A stretch of DNA of 64,000 bases from an uncultured Phycisphaerales bacterium (GCA_963758525.1 CAVWVQ010000003.1:2784001-2848000), one strand, 5' to 3'. Positions 1 through 10,736 are shown, counted from the stretch's first letter. Made by a program: numbers and translations. Notes: generated by a model not told the origin, from the sequence alone.

Positions 1-1452
1 GGGGACAAGTTCCGCTTGGCGCAACTGATCGACCGGCACGTCCTTCATCTTCCGTCTTAACCACTTAGCAAGTTCATCTCCAAGTTTTGAACCTTTCCAT
101 GATACATCAGAATCGTCCCCAAGTACAGTGCGCTCGAACTGACTTACAACATCGGTTCGTTGAATTTCACCGTCCTTGAATAATGGAAGTTGCATAGCGT
201 CGCTGCGAAGCTCCCGAAGAAATATTTTCTCTAAATCAGATAGCTGGACCTCCGTCTCATTCTGCGTGCCGCCAAATTCGTCAAGCGAAAGGATCTTCGT
301 CTTCCATTCGGTAAAAAACACCGAAATGGTATCGGTCGCGATCGGCGATTTGTCGTCTACAGTCCGCGCCCAGCACGAACACCATTCATTGAGAGCTTGT
401 CTGAAGTACCTAGTTCGCTGAATGTCTACTCTATTCTGCAAAGCCGGATTTGCTCGGTAGTCGGAAAGAATGGCCTGCTCGTCTTCCGGAGATATTGTGC
501 CGCCAAACAACACCGGGGGTAGATGCGAGTTCGGACCCGCGCTCCTTGACGCAAGAGCCTTCAGTGCGAGCTTTACGCCTGTTTTGATCGGTCCCGGTTT
601 CAGGACAACGTGATCCGCGGGACTCGAATAGATCAGGTCGTCGGCAATGCCGACCAACTGGGATATCTCAGTTTCTGACGTAATTACAATAACTCCTTTT
701 TCAGTCATTCCGTCGACTATCACCTGATTGTAAGCTGCCAAGTCTGCGTCGGTCAGTTGTCGAGGAGTCTTGGTTGCGGCCATTAGATAAATCGAACCCC
801 AAAAGGCCGCCTTTGCATCTATACGATTGCCCACGAGTTCGTCAATGGCCTGACTGATCCGGTTTTGCACGTTTTTGTTGTGATCTAGCAGCATGTGAGT
901 CTGGCCGATCAAGGACTGCGTAGCTGGAGAAGCCGGGTGAGCGCGCAAGCCATTCGACTGGTTTATCACGTCCCCAAGAAGCGACTCGTCCGCGAACACC
1001 ACCACTGGCCGGAGGCTGAACTGCTCATGCAAGTCGCTACGGATTATTTCAGCATCATGATGGACCGTCTTTACAAATGGATCACGGTCCCTCATTAGAA
1101 TCTCCGGCGTCAGGGCCACCAAGTTCTTGCTGTAGATTCTAAGCAGTTCATCCGTCCACGATCGTAATTGCTTTTCAGACATTTGCGCGGTTTCGTCGGA
1201 AGTTGCGGTCGCCGCTTGTGCAACAGAATCGCAAACAACCTTTCGAACGATCTCCGAATCCGCATCCCCGACGTGGATGAGCAAAGCCTTCGTTCTGACA
1301 GCCAGATCTTCATAAATTCGGAGTTGAGCCTCGCTCACCTTATCCTTTAGGCGCGCATCCACTCCTTCGACCAATTGGTTCGTCGCTGAGTACGCTGTGA
1401 CCCCCGCAGCCAACACAATTGCGATGAAATGAAACGGTTTGTGCGCAGACAT
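1..1452 (-). CDS. Hypothetical exported protein, 3'-partial (runs off the left edge; absent from the ORF track)
   Basis: ATG at 1452 preceded by GGGAG. Hand translation MSAHKPFHFIAIVLAAGVTAYSATNQ... gives a signal-peptide-like start. The same frame reads ...DELAKWLRRKMKDVPVDQLRQAELVP at base 1. I read both ends but not every internal codon. Confidence 0.7.
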   Translation of the reverse strand, partial: MSAHKPFHFIAIVLAAGVTAYSATNQLVEGVDARLKDKVSEAQLRIYEDLAVRTKALLIHVGDADSEIVRKVVCDSVAQAATATSDETAQMSEKQLRSWTDELLRIYSKNLVALTPEILMRDRDPFVKTVHHDAEIIRSDLHEQFSLRPVVVFADESLLGDVINQSNGLRAHPASPATQSLIGQTHMLLDHNKNVQNRISQAIDELVGNRIDAKAAFWGSIYLMAATKTPRQLTDADLAAYNQVIVDGMTEKGVIVITSETEISQLVGIADDLIYSSPADHVVLKPGPIKTGVKLALKALASRSAGPNSHLPPVLFGGTISPEDEQAILSDYRANPALQNRVDIQRTRYFRQALNEWCSCWARTVDDKSPIATDTISVFFTEWKTKILSLDEFGGTQNETEVQLSDLEKIFLRELRSDAMQLPLFKDGEIQRTDVVSQFERTVLGDDSDVSWKGSKLGDELAKWLRRKMKDVPVDQLRQAELVP

Positions 1453-1500
1453 TCTCAACTCCCATCGATCTCACAGCCGTGAGCACTAAGAACGCAACGC

Positions 1501-3021
1501 TCACAGCTTAGCGGTAAAGACAATCTCTGAATCGTCAGGCATTTCCGCCTTCAATTCGGCATCCGAAGAGAATCCCCATTCGTCGTCCGTAACCTGGTTG
1601 ACATCGAAGGCTGAGTTTAATCGCAAATATTTGTGCATTGTAAATTGCTGGCCTGCCTGATGAGGCTGCATATCGACTTTCATTATGTACTGGCCGCCAA
1701 CAGGGCCTCCGCCGTCTATTTCTGCGGTCTGATTCCACGTCAAACGAACTGGCACGCTCACACCGCCGGTTGGGCCGCCGCCAGACCCGCCCTGATATCC
1801 CAGATTCAACGTGACGGTAGTTACCGTACCCTGGTATCCCGTGGCAACAGTGGGATTCGATAGATTAACATTGTCGTTGTCTACTTGCGCACTTACCCCG
1901 GCGGCTTGCGTGAAAGATGCTTGGTAGTCAAAATCGAAAGGATTGTATTGATCGTTATCCTCGTAATAGAACGCCTCTACGCCAATATTGCCGACGTAGG
2001 TTAGTTTATCGTCCACGGATGCAAAACCCTCACATTTGTCGCCCTGAGACTGATAAAAATACACAACTGATCCACTCTCGCTGGTCGGTTGTGTTGTGGA
2101 TGTTGCGGTATCAGACCAGTGCCCGACCGTCGCTCCGTGAGACGATCCATCGCCGTTAGTTGAAACTTCAGATGTGTGAAGTCCTACTGAGATTTGATGG
2201 AGGTCTTCACCCAAGCCATCATCTGTCGCGACAGCGCTGTATACAGTGCTTTGCGTTGGCAACGAAGTCTCCGGCAGCCATATATTTACAGGGTCATCAC
2301 CTGGGGAAGTAAAAGACTCTCGGCTGAACTTTACCAGCCTCACACCAATCTGATCGCTGCAGGCGGTGAGTTGGCTATCGGCAGCGGTAACCGTGATCGA
2401 AGATGGCCCTGTCCAATTTCGTGAAATCGGGATCTTTAGTTTCACAGTGCAGGTACCGCCGTTGGAAATGTACGTCACAAAGTCCGCGCCGGGCCCCGAT
2501 ATTGACCAATTGATTGACCGATCACTCGGCACAATTTGAGCGGATATATCGACGCTCACGGCACTGGGGTCTTGATCGATTTCGAGTGGCCCGCTGGTCG
2601 TAATTTTTACTTGAACAGCTGTGAATGCCACCGTGATTGCCCCTGTGTCCGACCACAATTGCTTACCGTTGTTATCAGTGATCGAGGCACTGACACTGGC
2701 AGTTCCGTTGATTGTGCCTGCTTGAAGGAAAGTACCTGAAAACGAAGTGCTTTGCGTGTTACTAGGTGAAGTTGCGAGCGGCGAAGGAGAACCGCTCCAT
2801 GACCAAGCTACGCCGTATTTGGCAGCCTCTTGCTGTACTACAGGGTCATTCGGCAAGCTCGCCTGAAGGCCGACGCCCAATGTCGAGTAAATTGGCCCAA
2901 CCATCGGATTTGTACCCTGGGTAATGAAAACAGGGAGTGTGGCCTTCACCGTTCCGGTAGAAACACCCAATACGACGATCGTTGCAATAATGATAACGAA
3001 GCTCCGAATAACGTTTTGCAT
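1501..3021 (-). CDS. Secreted Ser/Thr/Gly-rich beta-strand protein, probable Ig-like domains, function unknown
   Basis: 506-aa ORF with signal peptide (MQNVIRSFVIIIATIVVLGVSTGTVKA), AAGGA RBS, and Ig-like patterns (SINWSISG...ITVTAADS). Confidence 0.7.
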   Translation of the reverse strand: MQNVIRSFVIIIATIVVLGVSTGTVKATLPVFITQGTNPMVGPIYSTLGVGLQASLPNDPVVQQEAAKYGVAWSWSGSPSPLATSPSNTQSTSFSGTFLQAGTINGTASVSASITDNNGKQLWSDTGAITVAFTAVQVKITTSGPLEIDQDPSAVSVDISAQIVPSDRSINWSISGPGADFVTYISNGGTCTVKLKIPISRNWTGPSSITVTAADSQLTACSDQIGVRLVKFSRESFTSPGDDPVNIWLPETSLPTQSTVYSAVATDDGLGEDLHQISVGLHTSEVSTNGDGSSHGATVGHWSDTATSTTQPTSESGSVVYFYQSQGDKCEGFASVDDKLTYVGNIGVEAFYYEDNDQYNPFDFDYQASFTQAAGVSAQVDNDNVNLSNPTVATGYQGTVTTVTLNLGYQGGSGGGPTGGVSVPVRLTWNQTAEIDGGGPVGGQYIMKVDMQPHQAGQQFTMHKYLRLNSAFDVNQVTDDEWGFSSDAELKAEMPDDSEIVFTAKL

Positions 3022-3055
3022 AGCTTATTCCTTTTCAATTTGTCGAGGTATGTTG

Positions 3056-6000
3056 TCAGCGGTCATTTTTAGAAAAGACTTGCGGATTGTTGAGTTTGAA
3101 TTGGTTCCATGAGCGTGACATTTGATCTTCGAAATCACCCCGATCGCCGGTCGACCATAGATTCAGGCACCATCGTAGTGTCGCGGCCAAAGCGCCCCCA
3201 TCGTTGATCGTGACCCACCGGCACGTAAGAACTCCGAACCGCTGCCAGTCAGACCAGGCCGCTCCAGACCGTGGCGTTAGCTTAGACCAAGACTCCCACA
3301 TCCTGCGGATATCAAGTCCTACGTTACGTAGCAACTTTTGCCCGACCAGAGGCGGCATGTAGATGAGATTGCCGGAAAAAGCCAAACTCTCCCGCGGCCC
3401 ATTAAAATTCACTAGTCCGGGCATATCAAAAAACACGCCCGAAATGATTGTGTTGAAAGAATGCTGCTTTGCAATTGTAACTAGATATGTTCCCATATCC
3501 GGCAGGACGAATTGTTTGTAAACCCCACCGCAAAAATCCCGCACTCGCGAACGAGCAGCGATCGATGGAGCATCAGCTACTCCGGAATTTTGTCGGATAA
3601 CGGTAATAAGATAATCACGATAACGATTCCAGCCGGAGTGGCCATCTTTGTTCGTGAAATACAAGCTAACGCAGTGAGCGCCACTAGGAACCTGAACTTT
3701 TAACACGAGCCCTGGGCCAGCTTCGGACATCGATACCGACTCTCCATGGTCGTCCCACTCCGCTTGGCGACGCAGTCCAACGCAGGGGTCATAGAGTACA
3801 TTCCTCCGCTGGGAGCTAAGCCAAGTAAGGAAGTAGCGCACGCAGTCGCCGCGCTCATAGGCATGACCTAGAAAATCGTCGACGAAATACCCTGAACGCG
3901 AAGCAACCTCGTCATCGAAGGGAGATTCGGCCGCGCATAATCGTGCGTACTGGCGACCGTAACGGCCCACCCAATCCCCCTGTGTAGCCCAATCCTCGTG
4001 AGTGAACGCCACCACGTCAGGCTGGCTAGAAGTCATCGCTAATTGGGGCCGCAACGTTGCGCCTTTTGGCAATTGAACGGGAGAAGCCGGTGCAATTCTG
4101 GTATTGCTTGGTGTCCACAAACCGATTGCACTCACGCCGTTGCCGTACGATCCAACTTCAAGCCCGTTATCGGTAAGAATCGATTGTGTGAAGGTGCCGG
4201 TTCCGACGGATTGCGTCAGTAGCGTCTTAAAATTAATGCCCTCAATAGGGTGCCCTCTATGGCCAACGTAAATGTTGCCTGAAGCATCCTCTCCCAAACA
4301 CGTACAGTAGTCTTCCGCCAAAGTCTGATGATCGATCTGCTTCCAATCCTTAGGTGCCCCGCCGTTTAGCCCGCGAACTTTGTCGGCCCAATCCTTGCCC
4401 CGAAGAAATTGCCAAGTGATTCCGCGGTCGCCGCTCCAAGCCAAACCCGTGGTCGTGGCGACGTAAACGGTGCGGTCTTTCGCGACGATGACGTCATTGA
4501 TCAGATTGGTCGGCAAGCCGGCGCCGGCTGGAACCAACGGGTCCTTATCGGCGCCGGTGACCGTGCGCCAAATCTTGTAGCTGTCGGCGGCATTCCCCAT
4601 CGCGATTCCGTCGCACTGAGTGCCAAGATAAATGTTTCCGTCTTTGTCGAAGGCGATGGCGCTGGATTGGTCACTGGGCAGCCCGTCAGCCCTAGTGTAA
4701 TAACTCCAATCATCTCTCGACTGCGAATAGCGGGAAAGCCCGCAGTTGGTGCTGATCCACACGTCGCCGTCCGTGGGACAGACCTTAATGGCGAACACAC
4801 GCTCGCCTAAGGGGCCAGAGCGCGTGCCGGGATGCGAGAGGCCGCCCACAACTTCGTAATTTTGCCATCCCTGGCCGTTATATACGCTGACACCATGATT
4901 GAGATGACCCACCCAGACCCTCCCCTTCCGGTCGCAGGCCATCGCGTAGCCGTTGTTGTCACCAAGACCGTCCTTGGTCGTGAACCGGACCCATTGATGA
5001 AGCGGCGGAGCGGAGGGATCAAATCGCTGCACGCCGCCGGTGCCGGGGGCATCTTCCTCGCAGCCGACCCACAGGCAGCCCTCCTGGTCCTGGCAAAGGG
5101 ACATGACGAACTTGCGTGCCTCCTCCAGCCGCAGGTTTTCCGCGATCAGGGGTGCCTCGTCGGGCGGGCCGCCGCTGTTGGGCAACGGACTCGATTGGAT
5201 AAAAGCCGTTTCGGCCTTGCCGAGGATCGCTGATTGACTGTCCATGCCAAGCGAAACAACGGGAACCTTCGCGGCCGACTCGGATGGATGATCGTCTCGG
5301 GCCCGCCCCAGATAATTCACCGTATATTTCAGCGAGGGATGCAGGGCGATTTCCAGCGCTGTCGGCTGTGGCCGCAGCACTCCGCCGCCGATGGTCTCGG
5401 GCACCGCCGCATAATAGGTTGGCATGCTGGCGGTGGGCACGTCGGTCACGGCTGGCTCAACAATCTTGGCAGCCGGTAACGACGGCGCGGGGCTCGTACC
5501 AATCGCCGCGGGAGCCAACCGCACCGGGGGTTTCGGAGTCAGCGCCGCAGTGGTCGTAACCTTGGAGGCAGCCGTACCATTGTCGGCGGGAAGCACGCTG
5601 GCGGGACCCGGCATCGCCAATCTGCTGGCGGGAACCTGCGTGACTGCCGCCTCCGCGACCGGCACCGGTGGTGGCGTTCCGGTGAAAGTCACTGCTGTGG
5701 GCCCGATCCGCAGGGGAGATTTGGGCGTCGTCGCTCCGGCAGTTGTTATGTAAGCCGGTGCGGCCACAGCGGGGGCGCGCGGCAGCGCGACTGTTGCGAT
5801 GCCCGCAGGCGCGGGGGCGACCACGCCTATCTTAACAGGTGATACGGCCGTGGCGCGATCAGCCGGCACGACGGCGATCAGATTGGGCGTGGACGCGGCC
5901 GGCGCCGTCACCTGTGCGGGATCGATTTTTGCCGGCTTCAGCGCGTCAACTTGAATCAAATTTGGGAGGCCCGACGACGAAGCTTTCTCTTGCGAGTGAC

Positions 6001-6262
6001 GCGGCGGCGAGATAGACAGCCCTCGGTCGCTCGGAGAATCCCCCGATACAACGATGAGAGGGATTCGCCGAGCAGCGGTTGCGGTGCGGTTGGGAACGCG
6101 GATGGAGATCGTCTCTGCTTGATCATCCGTACGGGAGTAGTCAAGAAACGTGCGAAGGGAGATTACAGTGAGGATCGCCAGCAAGACGCCGACGATCGCG
6201 ACGGACGCGATTGCTCGAGCGTTGTATTGGCGATTGGGCATTGCGTCACTCTTCTCGCTCAA
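3056..6262 (-). CDS. Membrane-anchored beta-propeller protein (two-component-regulator propeller-like repeats) with Pro/Ala linker and unknown C-terminal domain
   Basis: 1068 aa: N-terminal TM helix, ~250-aa Pro/Ala/Thr linker, repeats DQEGCLWVG, DRKGRVWVG, DGDVWIST, GLPSDQSSAIAFDKDGNIYLGT. Confidence 0.75.
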   Translation of the reverse strand: MSEKSDAMPNRQYNARAIASVAIVGVLLAILTVISLRTFLDYSRTDDQAETISIRVPNRTATAARRIPLIVVSGDSPSDRGLSISPPRHSQEKASSSGLPNLIQVDALKPAKIDPAQVTAPAASTPNLIAVVPADRATAVSPVKIGVVAPAPAGIATVALPRAPAVAAPAYITTAGATTPKSPLRIGPTAVTFTGTPPPVPVAEAAVTQVPASRLAMPGPASVLPADNGTAASKVTTTAALTPKPPVRLAPAAIGTSPAPSLPAAKIVEPAVTDVPTASMPTYYAAVPETIGGGVLRPQPTALEIALHPSLKYTVNYLGRARDDHPSESAAKVPVVSLGMDSQSAILGKAETAFIQSSPLPNSGGPPDEAPLIAENLRLEEARKFVMSLCQDQEGCLWVGCEEDAPGTGGVQRFDPSAPPLHQWVRFTTKDGLGDNNGYAMACDRKGRVWVGHLNHGVSVYNGQGWQNYEVVGGLSHPGTRSGPLGERVFAIKVCPTDGDVWISTNCGLSRYSQSRDDWSYYTRADGLPSDQSSAIAFDKDGNIYLGTQCDGIAMGNAADSYKIWRTVTGADKDPLVPAGAGLPTNLINDVIVAKDRTVYVATTTGLAWSGDRGITWQFLRGKDWADKVRGLNGGAPKDWKQIDHQTLAEDYCTCLGEDASGNIYVGHRGHPIEGINFKTLLTQSVGTGTFTQSILTDNGLEVGSYGNGVSAIGLWTPSNTRIAPASPVQLPKGATLRPQLAMTSSQPDVVAFTHEDWATQGDWVGRYGRQYARLCAAESPFDDEVASRSGYFVDDFLGHAYERGDCVRYFLTWLSSQRRNVLYDPCVGLRRQAEWDDHGESVSMSEAGPGLVLKVQVPSGAHCVSLYFTNKDGHSGWNRYRDYLITVIRQNSGVADAPSIAARSRVRDFCGGVYKQFVLPDMGTYLVTIAKQHSFNTIISGVFFDMPGLVNFNGPRESLAFSGNLIYMPPLVGQKLLRNVGLDIRRMWESWSKLTPRSGAAWSDWQRFGVLTCRWVTINDGGALAATLRWCLNLWSTGDRGDFEDQMSRSWNQFKLNNPQVFSKNDR

Positions 6263-6288
6263 GCGTCAATTTCCCGCATTTCGCAAAC

Positions 6289-7101
6289 TCATGATGTAGG
6301 CGTTGGCCGGGCCGACGCAGCCCGATTCGCGCGCAGAGCCCGCGCGACGTTCTCCACGGCAGCCGCAAGGTCCTGCGGCGGCGCCAAGTCGTACGCTTGC
6401 TCGAACACCACGCGGGCTTGCTTGGCTTCGCCCGAGAGCAGCAGCAAATTGCCCTTCAGCACGTACTTTTTGTAATCGTCCATCACCATCCCGCTCAGGG
6501 CGGCCTGAAATGGCGTTGGATCGACATGAACACTGGCAAGAACCGGCGGTCCAAGGTCTACGGCGGGCTGGGTGGAAGGCGCGGTCGTCGCACCGGCCAT
6601 CTGCTGCAGCTTGAAGCGATGCACGATTCCCGGATCGTCCGGATGGGCCATCCCTAGCGCCAGGGCGGCGACGTTGATCGCGTCGGCGGTGTCCTTCAGC
6701 ATGGCCGTGTCGTAATACGTCCGCGCCGCCATCAACCCTTCGGCGGCTTTGCCCTGCTGGCGAAAGGCAACGGCACGTAGTCGTTCCAACGCCGCGTCGT
6801 TCTCCGCGTTGGCTGGATCACGAAGAATAAGCCTCATCGCGATTTCCTCGGCTTCGGCGTAGTGCTTTGTCTCGATAAGGACGTTGAGTGCCTGGTCGCG
6901 ATGCAGCCGGCTCCCTGCCGCCAGTGATTCGACCTTCCTGACAGCGGCGGACATCCGAGCGGCATCGCCGCTGTTCAGTTCAACTGCCAGCAGATCGTGC
7001 GGACTGGGGCCCCTGGAAGCGGGCCGAGTGGTGGCGCCTCCTGCGCAGACAGCACTGAAACAGACGATTTGCAATGCGACGAGGCGTGTCAATAATCTCA
7101 T
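6289..7101 (-). CDS. Exported TPR-like helical repeat protein
   Basis: Likely ATG at 7101 (MRLLTRLVALQIVCFSAVCAGG, signal peptide). TPR-like KGNLLLLSGEAKQARVVFEQAYDLAP. A 1-nt indel near 6330 would give an alternative end ...ESGCVGPANAYIMSLRNAGN*. Confidence 0.65.
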   Translation of the reverse strand: MRLLTRLVALQIVCFSAVCAGGATTRPASRGPSPHDLLAVELNSGDAARMSAAVRKVESLAAGSRLHRDQALNVLIETKHYAEAEEIAMRLILRDPANAENDAALERLRAVAFRQQGKAAEGLMAARTYYDTAMLKDTADAINVAALALGMAHPDDPGIVHRFKLQQMAGATTAPSTQPAVDLGPPVLASVHVDPTPFQAALSGMVMDDYKKYVLKGNLLLLSGEAKQARVVFEQAYDLAPPQDLAAAVENVARALRANRAASARPTPTS

Positions 7102-7475
7102 CAGAAACCCCACAGCATGACGGACACAGACGCCCAGCCACGCGTTAGAGCGCGGGCCCAAGACCCTGCATACCGACGATATCGCGAAAGCTCGCTGGCA
7201 GATTTCCACCCTAAACGAAAGGCCCCTGCCCCAGCGCGATCGGCGCAACATAGAATTTAGAGGCAACCCAGTCAACAGAAAAAGACGAATTCTTTCAAAA
7301 TTACATATATTTACCATGATTTATATGTTTTATGACAAAACAACACACAGCCGCACGCGACATGCCTCGGACGCGAACGAGTTTGCGTACATAGACATCG
7401 ACGCGGTATGTTCGATATTGATTCGCGGTCCCCTTACGGCGCGCCCTTCGCGATGGACCAGCATCTCAGGAAGCG

Positions 7476-9269
7476 ATGTCAAAAGCTAATACTATGGATG
7501 AGGCCGGACCGCTGGCAGAGCGAGAGTCGCTTGATTCCAAGCCTGTCGGGATTGGAGGCAACTTCGCTCCACCCCTGCCGGCAAACGAAAAAAAGCACCA
7601 CACCGCTTGGGGCCGCCGTGTTCTCGCCGCGCTTGCGATCCTCCTGGCTCTGTTGAGCGGCCTGAACCTTCGGCACTGGACTTGGCAGCACACGGGCACG
7701 ATCCGGTTCTCCGCTGATCTGGCAAACGCCTATAAGTGGGGGAGCAGAGCCTCAACCGAAGGGGTGGTTCACGTCTATGAACACGTCGAAGCGGAGAAGC
7801 GCGACAGCGCGGCGAGCGACGCTCCGCCGTCTTATGATTTGGATTACCCCCCGTTGCGGCTCGCCATCGCCGCGTGGTGGGTGAGGACCGTAACCACAGA
7901 CTCTCGATGGCCGGCGACCGCAGGCTGGCAGCGGTCGTATGCCTTTAATTCGCCGATGCTTGCGCTCAACACGATATCCGGACTTTTCGGAGCGATCGGG
8001 ACGTACGTGCTGATTCGGCTTTGGTATATCAGAGGTTTTCCGACGCAGAATAAAAGCGCGGCCGAAGTTCGAGCATTGACCGGCGCTCTGCTGTTTTGGT
8101 TCAACCCGGCGGTTATTTGCGATGGCTACGGCTGGCCTCAGTGGGACATCTGGCTTTGGCCATTCTTTCTGTTCGCGGCGCTGCTCGCGAGCGTTGATCG
8201 GTGGCTTGCCGCAGGAATCCTGATCGCGACCGGGGCGATGATCAAGGGCCAGATCTTGCTGGTCGCGCCGATCTTCGTGCTCTGGCCGTTGATCCGACTT
8301 AAGCTCCGCGCTGTCTTTCAATTTCTAGCAGGCTTCATATTTGGCGCTGCATTGATTACAGCCCCGTGGTCGATCCAAAATAAGAGTGCGGTACTCTGGA
8401 TTCTCAGGGCAGCGGTTGCATGCGGCCTGCCCTTGCTCGCGCGCATCACATTTCCCAAGAGGGCGAGACTCGCCACGGCTGTCGCAATCATATTTGGGGC
8501 GGTGCTGGTGGTGAGTCCACTTATTCGGGGCGGCGCATTGTGGTTTGCGTGCGGGATGTTGCTATTCGTGATGATCGGCATCCTAACGGCAGTTGTCCCC
8601 CGTCGCGATCTGCCTTCGATATTCTCGGCGCTTGCATCGATTGTCATCTTCCTCTGCGTGCCGTTCTATCACGGGACGGCAGCATGGCTTGCGATTGGCT
8701 TTGGTTATGGAGCGCGCAAATTCGAGAAGCTGATCGGGGGCACCACCGGAGTCGTAAACCTCGGCAGCCTGCTGCAGCACCAGTGGGGTTGGACTTACAA
8801 AAGTACAGTGCCGCTTCACTTCTCCGCATTCGGAGTCAGTGCGATTTCCATCTCGGGCCTGATGATCGGGATGTATTTGGTGGCACTGGCGCTCGCTTCG
8901 CTGGCGCTGGCAATCCAGGATCGGCGCGGGGACGTGCGTTTTCTGGTCGCCTTATGCGTCCCCTGGCTGGCGATGTATGCGTTATTGCCGCAGATGCACT
9001 CCCGCTATCTGCTCTGGGCGGCGGCTGCGACCGCGACCATGACCGCTGTCAGCCTTGGCCTCACGCTCCTGCACCTTCTCATTACGCTCACAGCGACATC
9101 CACCATTCTGGCAGCGATGGCGGCGGTGAGACAAAATTCCCCGCCGCAATGGCTGCTGACAGCAATCGCGGGAAATGACGGCCTCGCGTGGGTGGTCCTG
9201 TTGTGCGCGGCGATGTTTCTTTATCTGGCTTTTCTGCCTTCGCCGCCGCTGCTCCAGCATCGCGGGTGA
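7476..9269 (+). CDS. Polytopic GT-C fold glycosyltransferase-like membrane protein (GT87/mannosyltransferase-like)
   Basis: 597 aa with many TM helices; motifs DYPPL, FNPAVI-D---WPQWD, IKGQ, QMHSRYL are typical of GT-C enzymes. Confidence 0.7.
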   Translation: MSKANTMDEAGPLAERESLDSKPVGIGGNFAPPLPANEKKHHTAWGRRVLAALAILLALLSGLNLRHWTWQHTGTIRFSADLANAYKWGSRASTEGVVHVYEHVEAEKRDSAASDAPPSYDLDYPPLRLAIAAWWVRTVTTDSRWPATAGWQRSYAFNSPMLALNTISGLFGAIGTYVLIRLWYIRGFPTQNKSAAEVRALTGALLFWFNPAVICDGYGWPQWDIWLWPFFLFAALLASVDRWLAAGILIATGAMIKGQILLVAPIFVLWPLIRLKLRAVFQFLAGFIFGAALITAPWSIQNKSAVLWILRAAVACGLPLLARITFPKRARLATAVAIIFGAVLVVSPLIRGGALWFACGMLLFVMIGILTAVVPRRDLPSIFSALASIVIFLCVPFYHGTAAWLAIGFGYGARKFEKLIGGTTGVVNLGSLLQHQWGWTYKSTVPLHFSAFGVSAISISGLMIGMYLVALALASLALAIQDRRGDVRFLVALCVPWLAMYALLPQMHSRYLLWAAAATATMTAVSLGLTLLHLLITLTATSTILAAMAAVRQNSPPQWLLTAIAGNDGLAWVVLLCAAMFLYLAFLPSPPLLQHRG

Positions 9270-9387
9270 GACAAGGGGTCCTAAATGACCTTGCGCGATT
9301 ACCCGCTTCCCAAACACTTTCAGCCGCTGCCCAGGGGCAGCATGATCTCTGCACGTGGGGCGTGCTCGCGCACGTTCATTTAGCCAG

Positions 9388-10698
9388 CTACGCCGGCACG
9401 ATATGATCGCGGCGGCCGCGCACTTTAGCCATGGCGTTGCGGGTGTCGACGATGAGCATTGCGTGATCCGCGATCAATTGCCAGTCGTATGCGGAATGAT
9501 GCGTTGCGATCAGCACGCAGTCATAGCCCGCCAGCGCCTCGGGCGTGAGCAGAATGCTGCGGCGAGGCACGTTGTGGCGGCGCATCGGATGGGTGGCAGG
9601 AACGTGCGGATCGTGATAATCGACCGACGCCCCCAAACCTTCCAGCAGTTCGATCAGCTCGAAACTTGGACTCTCGCGCACGTCGTCCACGTCCGGCTTG
9701 TACGCAAGCCCAAGCACAAGAACGCGGCTTCCCTTCGCGGCTTTGCCGGCGTTGTTGAGCGCGAGAACGGTTCGATCCACCACGTAGTGCGGCATGCGAT
9801 GATTGACCTCGCCCGCCAGCTCGATGAATCGGGTCGACATGCCAAACTCGCGGGCCTTCCAGGTGAGGTAATAGGGATCGATCGGAATACAGTGGCCGCC
9901 GAGCCCTGGACCCGGATAAAAGGTTTGAAATCCGAACGGCTTGGTGCCGGCCGCGGCGATCACTTCCCAGACGTCAATCCCCATCGCCTGGAGAACAACC
10001 TTCATTTCGTTCACCAGGGCAATGTTGACGGCACGATAGATGTTCTCCAGCAGCTTGGCGGACTCCGCGACTTCCGCGGTGGAAACGAGAATCACCTTGT
10101 CCAACGCCGTCCGATAGAGCGCGGCGGCGAGTTCGCCCGAAATCGCATCAATTCCGCCGACCAGTTTGGGAATCGTCGTCGTGTTGAAGTCCTTGCGACC
10201 GGGATCTTCCCGCTCGGGGGAATAAGCGACAAAGAAATCCTTCCCGAGCAACAGCCCCCGCGCTTGCAGGCGGGGCAGGACCACCTGCCGAGTCGTACCC
10301 GGATAGGTGGTCGACTCGAGCACGACCAGTTGTCCCGGCCGCAGCGCCGCGGCAATGTCATCGGCAGTCCTCTCGACATAACTCAGATCGGGCTCCAGAT
10401 GCGGCCCCAGGGGCGTTGGAACACAACTGATAATCGCGTCCGCTTCCGCAAGCCGTTTGGGATCGCTCGTGGCGTCGAACGTGGCGCCTTGAAGAAGGTC
10501 CCTGGCAAGCGATTCGCCGAGGTGTTTGAGGTAGCTTTCCCCTCGTTTGAGCGACTCAATCTTGCGGGGGTCGACGTCGTAGCCAAGGGTGGGAAGCCCC
10601 GCGCGATGAAACGCCGCGAGAAGGGGCAGCCCGACGTATCCGAGCCCGCAGACCGCCACGACCGCCGACTTCGATTGGATCTTCGATGCAAGGTCCAC
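9388..10698 (-). CDS. Nucleotide-sugar dehydrogenase (UDP-glucose/GDP-mannose dehydrogenase family, WbpA-like)
   Basis: GLGYVGLP Rossmann motif, CVPTP, LESTTYPGTT, AYSPEREDPG, GGHCIPIDP, LAYKPDVDDVRESP. Confidence 0.95.
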   Translation of the reverse strand: MDLASKIQSKSAVVAVCGLGYVGLPLLAAFHRAGLPTLGYDVDPRKIESLKRGESYLKHLGESLARDLLQGATFDATSDPKRLAEADAIISCVPTPLGPHLEPDLSYVERTADDIAAALRPGQLVVLESTTYPGTTRQVVLPRLQARGLLLGKDFFVAYSPEREDPGRKDFNTTTIPKLVGGIDAISGELAAALYRTALDKVILVSTAEVAESAKLLENIYRAVNIALVNEMKVVLQAMGIDVWEVIAAAGTKPFGFQTFYPGPGLGGHCIPIDPYYLTWKAREFGMSTRFIELAGEVNHRMPHYVVDRTVLALNNAGKAAKGSRVLVLGLAYKPDVDDVRESPSFELIELLEGLGASVDYHDPHVPATHPMRRHNVPRRSILLTPEALAGYDCVLIATHHSAYDWQLIADHAMLIVDTRNAMAKVRGRRDHIVPA

Positions 10699-10736
10699 CC
10701 CAGCCTCCTAAAACGCCTGAGAAGTGCGTTGTGTGA

